DNA of 64,000 nt from Octopus vulgaris (Eukaryota): positions 558,001 through 622,000 of the forward strand of contig OX597823.1 of assembly GCA_951406725.2 (NCBI GenBank), in the 5' to 3' direction. The position numbers and the translations under genes were made by a program. The notes below the pieces were generated by a model. That model did no database searches, had not been told where the DNA came from, and was given only the letters and a program-made list of their open reading frames with translations. Positions 23,630 to 35,094 of the stretch are shown piece after piece; the stretch's first letter is position 1, and every line of letters begins with the position of its first letter.

Positions 23630-24660
23630 ACACGGACACACACACGACGACGGAGTCTCGCTACTCTTTTTCTTCGGTTTTTTTCTGCCCAAATAAAAGT
23701 GCGGAGGCGGTAAAAAAAACGATTTAAAAGAAAGCCAGAGGAGGAAATAATAATAATTTCTTATTTGCTATGAATAATCGATATTAATGGTGAAGATGAT
23801 AATAGTAATAACGATTCTATAAAATATGTTGGTGGCAGCGACTAATTTCCCTTTCTTCTGGGATTTCTCGATTAATTTCGGGTTTGTTTGTTATAAAAAT
23901 CCAGTTTTTGTGGTTTTTGTACTCCTTGACTTCATGGTTTCGGCTTTGACTCGCCTCCCTCGCTGCTGGATGCCTTCTTCGCCGCCGCCGCCTCGAAACA
24001 CGCCGCCGCTGCTGCTACCGCTGCTCCTGCTGCTGCTAGAGATACTATTACTACTATTGCTGCTGCTGCTTTTTACCATCAACAGCAGCAACACCTCTCT
24101 CTCTGTCTTTCTCTCACTCCATGTCTTTATTTTACATCCAGTGTACGAAGGTTTTATTAGATATATACATACATGTATATATATATATTATACACACGGA
24201 GAGGGAGGGAAGGGTAAAGGAAAGAAAGGGGGTGAGCAAGGGAGAGGGAAAAGAGTTTGTGACAAATGGAGTGGAGAGAGAGAGAGAAGTAAGAATGCGG
24301 GGGGGGGGAGATACCTGAGAGAGGAATAACAGAGAAATGGCTGCAGTTTCGTCTTGAACAGAAATACACACACACCATGCATTCCAGTTAGAGGTGTGTG
24401 TGTTGTGTTGGTATACACACACACGTATATATATATTAGAGAAGTGGAATTTTGGTTTCTGTTTAAAAGAAGCTGTAGTAGTAGAACTACTAAGTCCTAA
24501 TCAACAACTAAAGCCGTTCAAACTACAATTACTTCTGCCCCACCCACCTTCCATTGCAACACCTCTCGTCGCTACTACTACTACCTCCACCACCACCACC
24601 ACCACCACGACTGCTGCTGTAAAACAGCAGCAACGCTACCCCCCCCCCCCCCACAACCCT
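23630..24660. promoter_or_regulatory. CpG-rich, TE-free candidate bidirectional promoter and 5' UTR region
   Basis: Local CpG and (CCG)n/(CTG)n enrichment at 23940-24070, GA-rich tract at 24198-24330, no SINEs across ~22.1-25.1 kb, divergent candidate first exons on either side. Confidence 0.6.
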
Positions 24661-24697
24661 TTAGTTGCAACGATTCCTGCAGTTGCTGCTACTGGTG

Positions 24698-24943
24698 ATG
24701 GCATTGCTATTGCAGCGGTCGTGGCAACGGTTCCTGCAGTTCCTGCAACTACCGTTGTTATTTCTGCTGCTGCTGCTGATGGTAACAGTGCTTGTGACGG
24801 TTACTGCTGCTGCTGGTGGTGGTGGTGGTATCATCGATGGCGCTACATTGACTTCTGCTACATTGAATAGGACAAAAGTGACAGACAGAGACAACATTGA
24901 TTTCCGAGAATGGTGGGACTGGCGGGGAGGAGGAGGACGGCAT
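24698..24943 (+). CDS. Candidate first coding exon of a secreted or membrane protein (signal-peptide-like N-terminus)
   Basis: GTGATGG start context. Translation MALLLQRSWQRFLQFLQLPLLFLLLLLMVTVLVTVTAAA-GGGGGIIDGATLTSATLNRTKVTDRDNIDFREWWDWRGGGGRH has an N-R-T sequon and ends at CAT|GTATGT (phase-0 donor at 24944). Confidence 0.55.
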
Positions 24944-25464
24944 GTATGTCACGTAACCCCAAATATCTCTCATATGAAAGCTCCAGGATTTTTGTCTGCC
25001 CTTAAAGCAAAAAAATATTGATTTCCAAAGTGACAAACTGGACAATAGAGTATTACTGTTAGTATCAACCCTGGGAAGATAAAAGGTTAAAAAAAACAGA
25101 AACACAAAAACCTAGCAGGGAATTCAGAATGTATAAAGGACATAACTAAATATAGACGGGCACTGTACCATTTCAAGCATTTCACAATTAATATCTGAAG
25201 ACACAGAGCCAATAAAGAAGCCTCAAAGTGGTCACTCAATCTGCATGACATAGCAACCAAACCCTCAAATCACACACGAGCATCTTAAAAAATTTTGATA
25301 TAAAATTTTGATAAGATAAATAGATGTAATTTTGATCCCTTGGGAATATGCAACCTCGTTTTGTAGGCTTCCACAACAAACCTAACACATGGGGCATTCG
25401 AAGACCAACTGTAACTCCTAGCAAATGAGTTGAGGGCCACTTTCATTTGTCCACTCATACATAT

Positions 25465-26013
25465 ATCTTTTACTTGTTTCAGTGATTTGACTGTGGCCAT
25501 GCCGGAGCATCACCTTTAGTTGGACAAACTAACCCCAGGAGTTATTCTTTGTAAGCCTAGTACTTATGCTATTGGTCTCTTTTTGCCAAACTGCTAAGTG
25601 ATGGGGATGTAAACACACTAACATTGGTTGTCAAGCAATGGTGGAGGGACAAACTCAGACACGAATAACAAATACATCATCATCATCATCATCATCGTTT
25701 AGCGTCCGTTTTCCATGCTAGCATGGGTTGGACGGGTCAACTGGGGTCTGTGAAGCTGGAAGGCTTCGTCAGGCCCAGTCAGATCTGGCAGTGTTTCTAC
25801 GGCTGGATGCCCTTCCTAACGCCAACCACTCCGCGAGTGTGTGTACATATATATATATACACACACACACATATAAATATCAAATCCACTCACAAGGCTT
25901 TGGTCAGCTCGAAGCTATAGTAGAAGATACTTGTCCAAGGTGCCACGCAGTGGGATTGAACCTAGAACCATGTGGTTGGGAACCAAGCTTCTTACCACAC
26001 AGCCACTCCTGTG

Positions 26014-26015
<2 letters not shown>
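25465..26015 (-). mobile_element. Family-2 SINE interrupted by an RTE 3'-tail insertion (25676-25840)
   Basis: SINE head at 25881-26015 and tail at 25465-25675. Between them lies (CAT)n-CGTTTAGCGTCCGTTTTCCATGCTAGC..GGATGCCCTTCCTAACGCCAACC. Confidence 0.85.
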
Positions 26016-26063
<48 letters not shown>

Positions 26064-26148
26064 GACCTTGCTCTATAATAACTATGTAGAATGCCTTTTT
26101 CTTTTGTTTGGCCTCACACTCGCATGTGTGTATGTGTCTGTGTGTGTA

Positions 26149-26188
<40 letters not shown>

Positions 26189-26400
26189 AGTATGAATATA
26201 TACATACCAAAAAATAGGTGAATGGAGGTTTAAATTCACAACTGTTTTAGAAGAAATTTAGTTAATGTAACCATAGCAGATTACATCATATTACATAAAT
26301 CTCTGACATCATCAGGCAGTCTTTAAACTTAGTCACCTGTGACATAGCCTACTAATTTCAGCTACATACATGCATGCATATATACATACATACATTCATA

Positions 26401-26800
26401 CATCATCATCGTCGTCATCTTTTAACGTCCGGTTTCCATACTGGCATGGATTGGACAGTTTGACTAAGGGCTGGCAAGCTAGAAGGCCGCACCTGGCTCC
26501 AATCTGATCTGGCAAAGTTTCGACAGCTGGATACCCTTCCTAATGTCAACCACTCTGAGAATGTAGTGGGTGCTTTTTACGTGCCACCGGCATGGTACCA
26601 ATCAGCTGGGACTGGCATCGACCACACTCGAATGGTGCTTTTTACATGCCACTGGCACAGGACCCAGTCAGGCAGCATTGGCAACGATCATGGTCGAGTG
26701 GTGCTTTTTACGTGCCACTGGCACGGGTGCCAATCAGGTAGTATTGTCACTTGCCACAACAATGACTTCACTTGCCTCAACAGATCTTTACAAGCACAAT
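26401..26800 (-). mobile_element. RTE 3' UTR fragment with tandem units
   Basis: Same tail and GGTGCTTTTTACGTGCCAC units as copy A. Confidence 0.8.
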
Positions 26801-27088
26801 GCATACATATGTATATATCCACTGAGTGACACCTTGGGTAAGTGTCTCCTGCTATAGCCTTGCACTGACCAAAGCCTTGTGAATGGATCTGGTAAACCTA
26901 TGTGTATATATGTGTGTGTGTTTGTTCCCCACTATCATTTCACAACTGGTGTAACTTTGGTAAAAGAGGCAGATGAAGTACCAGACTTAAATCTAAATAA
27001 GCACTAGAGTCAACCTGTCTGACTAAATCTTACCAATGATGAAAACAAATAAAAGATAACAGGTTCAATACACATGCACATATATATC

Positions 27089-27119
<31 letters not shown>

Positions 27120-27120
27120 C

Positions 27121-27500
27121 TTGTGTCTGTTTTCCATGCTAGCATGGGTTGGATGGTTCGACTGGGGTCTGGGAAGACAGGAGGCTGCACCAAGCTTCAA
27201 TCTTGATCTGGCAGTGTTTCTACAGCTGGATGCCCTTCCTAACGCCAACCACTCCGTGAGTGTAATGGGTGTTTTTTACGTGCCTCCAGAACAGGGGCCA
27301 GAGGAGGCTGGCAAACGGCCATGATTGGTTGGTGCTTTTATGTGTCACCGACACGGATGCCAGTCAGGCGGTGCTGCATCTGCCACGTTCGGACAGTGCT
27401 TTTTACGTGTCACCGGCACAGGTCTCTTAACTACAATTTCCATTTGATTTTTATTTTGATGTTGGTGTTGACGTACTTGACTCAATAGGTCTCCTCGAGA
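27121..27500 (-). mobile_element. RTE 3' UTR fragment in (TA)n
   Basis: GGATGCCCTTCCTAACGCCAACC, tandem units and GTACTTGACTCAATAGGTCTCCTC as in copies A-C. Confidence 0.8.
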
Positions 27501-28084
27501 ATATATATATATATATATATATGGTTGACGCTCATGATCTTATTGACTGTTAATAGGTTCAAAATCTTCACTAATTTAAAACACTAAAGAGATTCTTTGT
27601 CTAGTACTTTGTAGTTCCTGCCCCCCCCCCCCTACACACACACAAACAAACAACAACAAACTATAACATTGACCCAAATATCAGGGAAGAATACTTCCTT
27701 AAATTAACCCAAATTTTAATTGTTGAACCCAGAAAGTTAACTTAAACAACAATTGAACTCATGACATGAAGACACCTACCTGAATAATCACAAAATATTT
27801 TGTCTGATGCTCAACTGATTTTACTTTGCCCTATTTCCACACATAAATAATTGTTCTTAATTTAGGTATAAGGTCGGTAGTTCTGATGGGGGAAGGAATT
27901 TAATCGATTGTATTGATCTCAGTACTTGACTGGTATTTTGTTTCATTGAGTCTGAATGGACGAAAAGTAAAAGTTCATCTCTGAAGAACCAGAAGAAATA
28001 CCACAAAGCATTTTGTCTGGAACTCAAACGATTCTGCTGTCAAACAACCAATAATAATAATAATAATAATAACAATAACAACTA

Positions 28085-28625
28085 CGATTCCATTTATTTG
28101 CCACAAGGGTGAAGGATGAGGGGGACAATACAGAGACAGACATAAAGTGTGGTGCGTTACATATGATAATGAAATGATAAAGTATACACGGTATACACTG
28201 GAAAAGAAGGGACATATGCATAGCATACAAAGGTACAAAAAAATGTAGTGGGGGGGATGTTAGAGATGTGGCCCTCCTGGTACAGGAAGGTCTCTAGGGA
28301 TAATCGAGGAACCCCACTGTTCAAGATTTCCCTGAAACCCTGTGTGCAAGTGCCCTCTCCAATTCCTGCTCTCCATCTCACAGGTCTACACTTATTGAGA
28401 TGGTACCATCCACTCTTGCCATTTTCGCAACTTTCATCCACCTTTCGATAGATTCACTCGAGGACAGCACTCCACTCTCCACTCTCAATTTCCTTTTCAA
28501 GTGGAACTTGAAAAAGTCAATGATAGCTCTACCAAAGAGGAATGTATCTGTCTTCAGGCCTTTCAGCATAGTCCACCAAACAACCTCTTTTGCCACAGCC
28601 ACCAGGCAATGGAAAACTGCTTTCC
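28085..28625 (-). mobile_element. Tx1/L1-like LINE 3' end
   Basis: GKAVFHCLVAVAKEVVWWTMLKG..FFKFHLKRKLRVE..IERW resembles the C-terminal helices of Tx1/L1 ORF2. The 3' UTR ends CCCTTGTGGCAAATAAATGGAAT before (TAT)n. Confidence 0.6.
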
Positions 28626-28650
28626 CTAATAATGATAATAATAATGATAA

Positions 28651-29538
28651 ACAATGCATGAGAAAATGAAGGGAAAGACAAGATGAACAGCTGGAGGTGG
28701 CTGCTAAGGAAGAGTAGTCTGAAAGGATGCAGCGAAGCATTGATATTCAGTGTCCAGGCGCAAGCTCTGAGAACTAATTTCACCAAGTTCCAAATAGATA
28801 AGAGCAGTGCATCACCTCTTTGAAGGATGTGGGTCAGCAAAAGCAAAACATTATCACATGTTATGACTGAGTAGCAAACTGGCCCAAAAGGAGTACAAGA
28901 AGAGACACAAAAAGGAGTACAAAAAGATAACATGGCTAAGTTTGTTCATGGGAAACTGTGAAAAGTAGAGTGTAGGAAGAATACAGAAGTGGTACAAACA
29001 CGAAACCAGAAGATGTCACTGAGAACAACGAATATATGATCTTGTTGGATTTTAGAATCCAGTGTGATTTCCTAATTGATGCTCAGAAACCAGACATTGT
29101 TGTAGCAGATAAAAGGGAAAAGGAAACTAAGATCTTAGATATTGCTATACCTGGGGATGCATGTAGAGGCGACAAAGAGCTGAAAAGGGTGGAAAAATAC
29201 AAGTTACTAAAAGTTAAAATTGTAAGAATGTGGGCAATGAGGAGAGTAACTGTTACCCCGGTAGTTATAGGGGCACTCAGAGTACTAAGAACCAAGTTCA
29301 AGAAATATGCCAGAGAAACTGGAATAGACATGAGGGTAGAGCATGCCCAAAATACTGCTCTATTAAGGACAGCTAGGATTTTGAGATTGGTAATTGAGTG
29401 TTGAGTATCTTCCACGAAACTTAATACTTAAGTACCAAGTCTTATTATTTGTGGAAAGAGACCTTTAGAGACCTCTGACAATAGGATGTTGTCTGCTCAC
29501 ACAGAATTAACCAGGCCAAGAGCTCTGAGAAGTAAAAT
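28651..29538 (+). mobile_element. R4/Dong-like LINE, 5'-truncated, flanked by (AAT)n
   Basis: EALIFSVQAQALRTNF..KLAQKEYKKR; ORF 29036-29404 KPDIVV..ILDIAIPGD..EKYK..PVVIGAL..ARILRLVI. Its 3' UTR matches 6915-7007. Confidence 0.88.
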
Positions 29539-29557
29539 ATAATAATAATAATAATAG

Positions 29558-29660
29558 TAAGAGCACTCAGAGAGTGCAAACCTCTGCCAATGCAACAACA
29601 ATGACCTCTCAACAATTAAGTGGAGATGATTTTTAAAATGAGAATATTGGAAATAAAATC
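29558..29660 (-). mobile_element. 3' end of a Helentron/DINE-1-like non-autonomous element
   Basis: Minus strand reads TTGGCAGAGG (subterminal-repeat-like), then hairpin GCACTC-TCT-GAGTGC (29563-29577), then TCTTA into a T-rich target. Confidence 0.5.
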
Positions 29661-29860
29661 CTTCAATGAATATCATGAGACTTTTTGCTTTTCTCTTCTC
29701 TTAAATTCTGGTCTACATTTAGTAATCCTGTTATTTTAGATCAATGTATAGAATTATGTATATGTGTATGTATACTGTAAAGTGTTAAAATGTATGTATA
29801 ATCTCCTAATATAATAATGTGCATTGTCTTTTTATATATTTGTATGTGTGTATATATATA

Positions 29861-31998
29861 TCATCATCATCGTTTAATGTCCGCTTTCCATGCTAGCCAG
29901 ATCAGACTCCAGTCTGATCTGGCATAGTTTCTACAGCTGGATGCCCTTCCTAACGCCAACCACTCCGAGAGTGTAGTGGGTGCTTTCAATGTGCCACCGA
30001 CACAGAAGCCAGGGGAGATTGGCAGCGGCCATGATCGGTTGATGCTTTCAATGTGCCACCGACACAGAAGCCAGTCAAGGCGGCGCTGGCATCGGCCACA
30101 TTCAGATGGTGCTTTTTATGTGCCACCGGCACAGGTATCACAACTACTATTTCCATTGATGTTTATTTCAATGTTCATGTACTTGACTCAATAGGTCCCC
30201 TCAAGCACAGCGGGTTGTTCTGAAATCCAAGGTACTTTGAATGGGCAGGGGCTATGCAGAACTGGTGCAGGAAGCAGCCTGGGTCTTTGCAGTCACAGCA
30301 TATCTCCAGAGATCTCGGTCCTTCGTCATTGCCTCTGAGGCCCAACGCTCAGGTCATGCTTGACTACCTCATCCCTTGTCTTCCTGGGTCTACCTCTCCC
30401 CCTGATACCTTCAACTGTTTGGGAGTGGCACTTCTTCACACATCTCTCCTCATCCATCCACAGTACATGACCATACCATCGCAAGCCTCGCTCTTGCACA
30501 CCACATCTAATGTTTCTTATGTCCAGCATTTCTCTCAGGATGCTTACATTCTGTCCTGAGTGCACACTGACATTACAAATCCAGCGGATCATGCTAGCTT
30601 CATTTCTTTCAAGTCTACGCATGTCCTCTGCAGTCACAGCCCATGTTTCACTACCGTGAAGCATGGCAGTTCGCACACATGCATCATACAGTCTACCTTT
30701 CACTCTGAGCGAGAGACTCTTTGTCGCCAGTAGGGGTAGGAGCTTTGTAAACTTTGCCCAGGCTATTCGTATTCTAGTGGTGACACTCTCTGAGCATCCA
30801 CCTCCACTACTAACTTGGTCACCTAGGTAGCGGAAACTATCAACTACTTCTAGTTTCTTCCTCTGGAGTGTGATGGAATCTGTTTTCTGAGTATCTGTGG
30901 TGTCTATTGTCCCTGTGCATCTGCCGCACATGAAAGCTATCTTATCAGTTAATTTCCCTTTGATGTTGCTGCACCTCTTATGTGCCCATAGCTTACATTG
31001 GGTGCATTTTATGGAGTTTCTGCCTACACCTTTTCTACAGATCGAGCAGGGCCACTTGCCCAAGGGTGTGTGTGATGAGTTCGCCTTTCTGCTTACTATA
31101 ACTTTGGTCTTTGCTACATTTACTCTAAGGCCCATTGATTCTAACCCTTGCTTCCGCACCCGAAATTTCTTTTCTAGTTCCGGTTGTGATTCTGCTATGA
31201 GAGCCAGGTCATCAGCATAGAGGAGCTCCCAGGGGCAACATGTTTTCAATTCCTCTGTTATTGCCTGGAGGACTATGATGAATAAAAGGGGACTGAGGGC
31301 TGAGTCTTGGTGCACACCTACTTCTACCCGGAATTCTTCACTATATTCGTTGCCAATCCTAACCTTGCTGACAGCCTCTCTGTATGGGGTCTGTACAGCC
31401 CTTATTAGCCATTCGTTAATCTCTAGTTTCCGCATCGACCACCAGATAAGGGATTGGGGGACCCTGTCAAAGGCTTTCTCCAAGTCCACAAAAGCTATGT
31501 AGAGGGGTTTATCTTTAGCTAGGTACTTCTCCTGCAGTTGTCGGACCAGGAATATAGAATCAGTGGTGCTTCTACCCGGCACAAAACCGAACTGCATCTC
31601 ATCTAAGTAAATTCTCTCCCTAATGAGATGGGTTATGACCCTCTCTGTGACCTTCATCACCTGATCCAACAGTTTAATACCCCTGTAGTTATTTCTATCT
31701 AGAGCATCACCTTGTAGCAGTTGACTATGGTGCTGCTACGCCAGTCATTGGGTATAACTCCATTATGAACTACCTGGTTTACTCGGATAGCTGGTCCCTC
31801 TACTGGGTCAACATTTGGCAGGCTCTCCTCCTCCCATTCATTCTCCACATTCAGCAGTCTTTCATAATGGCTTCTCCAAGCCTCTTTCTTTTCACCATCA
31901 TTAAAAGCAAGTGCCCCATCATCCATGCGGACACATTTCTCTCCTGTAACATTACTATTTTCTCTCACACACTGTCTTGCAATCCGAAATACCTCAGG
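29861..31998 (-). mobile_element. RTE-clade LINE copy C, 5'-truncated, with a 447-aa open RT-PHD-C-terminal segment
   Basis: ORF 30326-31669 (FVDLEKAFDRVP, LYADD, CSIC..CTQC..HKRC..CGRC, LRWYGHV). Small deletions near 31710 and 31782. Nearly identical to copy B where they overlap. Confidence 0.95.
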
Positions 31999-32450
31999 TC
32001 ATCTGATTGATGCTGCAGCCCCAACCAGCAAAAAATTATCTCTGAAAACATAAAAAAAACTGAGCAAGTATAAGGACCTGGAGATTGAAATCAGAAGAAT
32101 GTGGCATCTCAGGACAATAACATTACCTCCTATTATTGGGGCTTTTGGAATGACATCGAGTGGAGCAAATATGTATGTAGACCAAATCCCTGGCAGCCCC
32201 AAAAGCAAGCAAATAACAAAAGATCATACTTATGGCCACCTCATATATTCTATATGAATATCCCCCCCCCACCCGTAAATGCAACTTTTACTCTCTGTTT
32301 TTTTTTCATCTCCTACAGACGTCAGTGTTTTCAATTGCATGATAGCACATCACCTGTCAGCATCTTTAGATGCAAAACCTTGTTGTCCCTTGACGTCCCT
32401 GGTTGAGGGCTGAGTGCAACTCATAGATAAAAGCAAAACCAAAACATGGG
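31999..32450 (+). mobile_element. R4/Dong-like LINE 3' fragment (second subfamily)
   Basis: LIDAAAP..KLSKYKDLEIEIRRMWHL..PPIIGAFG; the 3' UTR aligns with 60790-60910; (GAT)n tail. Confidence 0.8.
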
Positions 32451-33215
32451 ATGATGATGATGATGGCAGTTTCTAATTGTAGGCAAAAACAGCAGAAATT
32501 TTGAAAGAATGCATTAGTTGTTCCCATTAACTCTAGTACTTGACTAATACCTTACCCCCCACCCACCACCCACCCCATTCTCTGGCAGGAAGAAAAGCAA
32601 AGTTGATTCTAATTCAAGTCATTTTGTTTAATGTTTTAAAAACAGTAACAATTCCCTGCTCCGACATTGGCACAAAGTGATACATTTCAAGAAAGTGGCA
32701 CAGTATTTTTAAAATTTTTCTAAATAGCCTCTGCTTTTTGACTGGTCTTTATTTCATCAACCTCAGAAATGTGAAAAGCAAACAGGATTAGTTGTCAAAA
32801 TGTAAAGAAAGCTAACAAAGAAAAAAATGAAAAGCTGCAAGATAATTTGTCTGCCACCATTCACTGTTATGGTTTAATGAGACAGATTTTTAGTCTCGGT
32901 AGATGGGTACAAATTTCAGAGCATGGCAAGAGTTACTTCAATCAACTCCAGTACTTAATACTATAAACACTGCCAAGATAATGACAAGTTAATAAAACCC
33001 TACAAAATGGAACGTTTCACTGTCCTTGCCAGCCAATGCATTGATAAGGGATTCTCTTTCTGTTGCTGCGGCTCTTTTTGCAACAAAGACAAGCAACAAG
33101 AGTAGCAGCTACCCTTGCACTTGGCTCCATAATTGCTGCTGCTGCTGCTGTCATCTGTATTGCTGCAACAGTATCAGCAGCAGATGCAATCCTTCCTACC
33201 GGAAGCCAGTTTCTT

Positions 33216-33248
<33 letters not shown>

Positions 33249-34744
33249 CAATTCTTTTTAAAGTAAACAAAACTATAAACAGTGGATGTTACCAGCATTC
33301 TGAAGATTAAATGGATAAGAAACATTTCCTTGGAAATATAAAACAGGAAAAAGAATTTCAGTTTGGTCAGCAACAGCCCCTTAATGGAGATTTTATAAAG
33401 GTTTCCCACAAAACTAGAAAAAGGAAAAACTGATGAAGCAAGTCTACGGAGACTGGGAGAAGCTTGATCCTTGTGTCAATGGTGATGGTGATACTGATGA
33501 GAAAATTCGGCTGCTGTGTTTATATTAAATACTTCTGCTGATGCCAGGCACTGAAATGTGGCCAGTCTGGGACCAAGCAGAAATCAAATCTTGTTGGTTG
33601 TGTATAAAAATATTTTTATATATAAAAAGTACAAGTTCAAAGTTTTAGATTTCAATTGGTCACCAAGGTAACTGAAAATTCACAAAAGCACAAATCTTTT
33701 CTAGAAGATGATGAACTCCTGCAACTATTTAATACTTTCTATAAAAGAAAAAATTTCTTTGAATTAAAAATTTTAATTCATTAATAATAAAGAATGCATA
33801 ATTACTAGAAAAATAATTCAATTTTGTAAATTGAATATGAATAATAGATGTTTTCATTATTAATAGATATCAGGGCCGAAGGTTATGGTTATCGGATTGC
33901 AGTTAGCAGAGGTCAGTTTCTGTTAGGGACACCTCTATGCTTCTCTGTCTTTTGAAAGATGGCAGGGGGGGGCATTGTTTTCCATTAACCTTATAACTGA
34001 GAATGGTTGCTCTGTGTTTTCCTTTTTTTGACAGCAGTTGACTTCTTAAAATAATATAGAATGATATAGTTGAATTAATAACTTTATTCAAAAGGATTAG
34101 AAGAGGTTTTAAATAATATTTGCATATTCTTGAAAACAAAAATAGCTATATTAATTTTCCCAGTAAAGTCTCTGCGCCTGAACAGTTAAAAAATTTTTCT
34201 ATAGTGACATCATGAGACTAAAAAGGCAAAATAAAAAACCCAAAATCCTTTCTGATGTTTAGCTTCAGGCCCAAATGATATAAACTTCCATGATTTCTGA
34301 ACCAGAAGAGGATAATTTAAAAAGGTAGGCTATGAATTGCAAAAGAGTGCAATAACTAGGAAGTGTATGAAGCCAGAGACAAACGGATAATTTGTTTTGA
34401 ATCTTTGAAGATATGGAATCTGACATTCCATATCTGATATGGAATAATGGAGTAAAGACCAAAGGATAAAATGTGAGGAAAGAAAAGACGATTGAAGAAC
34501 AAAGGAATGTGAGGAAGTGAAAATCAGAAAATGAACAAGAAGAGAAAGAGTAAGAAGAGAAAGAGGGCATATTAAAGAAAGAGTTACATTTAAATGATAA
34601 AACCAGAGCTTATGAATATGGTTTAATTGTCTTGATTAGTAAAATATCTCTGGTATGTTGCAGGTAGGAGAGCTAAGTAGAAGAAGAAGAAGAAGGAAAA
34701 GCTTCAAGTAGGTACAATTCAAAGAGGAAGGTAAATTCTTTTTT

Positions 34745-34960
34745 TTTTCTACTCTAGGCACAAGGCCCTAAAATTTTGGGGGAGGGGGGTACAGTTGATT
34801 AGATTGACCCCAGTATGCAACTGGTACTTAATTTATCAACCCCAAAAGGATGGAAGGTAAAGTCGACCTCAGCAGAATTTGAACTCAGAATATAAAGACA
34901 GATGAAATACCGCTAAGCAGTTCACCTGGCGTGCTAACATTTCCCCCAGCTCACTACCTT
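34745..34960 (-). mobile_element. Family-1 SINE
   Basis: CTGGTACTTAATTTATCAACCCCAAAAGGATGGAAGG..TTTGAACTCAGAA..GCGTGCTAAC. Confidence 0.8.
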
Positions 34961-35094
34961 ATGAGGAGGAAGGTAAAATTACAGCCAATATTAATGGCAC
35001 CAGCACCTCACAAGCAATTGTTGAAAGGAAATAGAGCAGAATGAATGACTTTCTTGTGAAGGCATGGACATATAATTCTTGCTTCTAAACAACA

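Noticed and set aside
33026-33700. Cys/Ala-rich ORFs and a possible Helitron zinc-finger remnant (C*CQALKC)
   Set aside because: (CTG)n-derived low complexity, and too short a match to link to the 35 kb relic.
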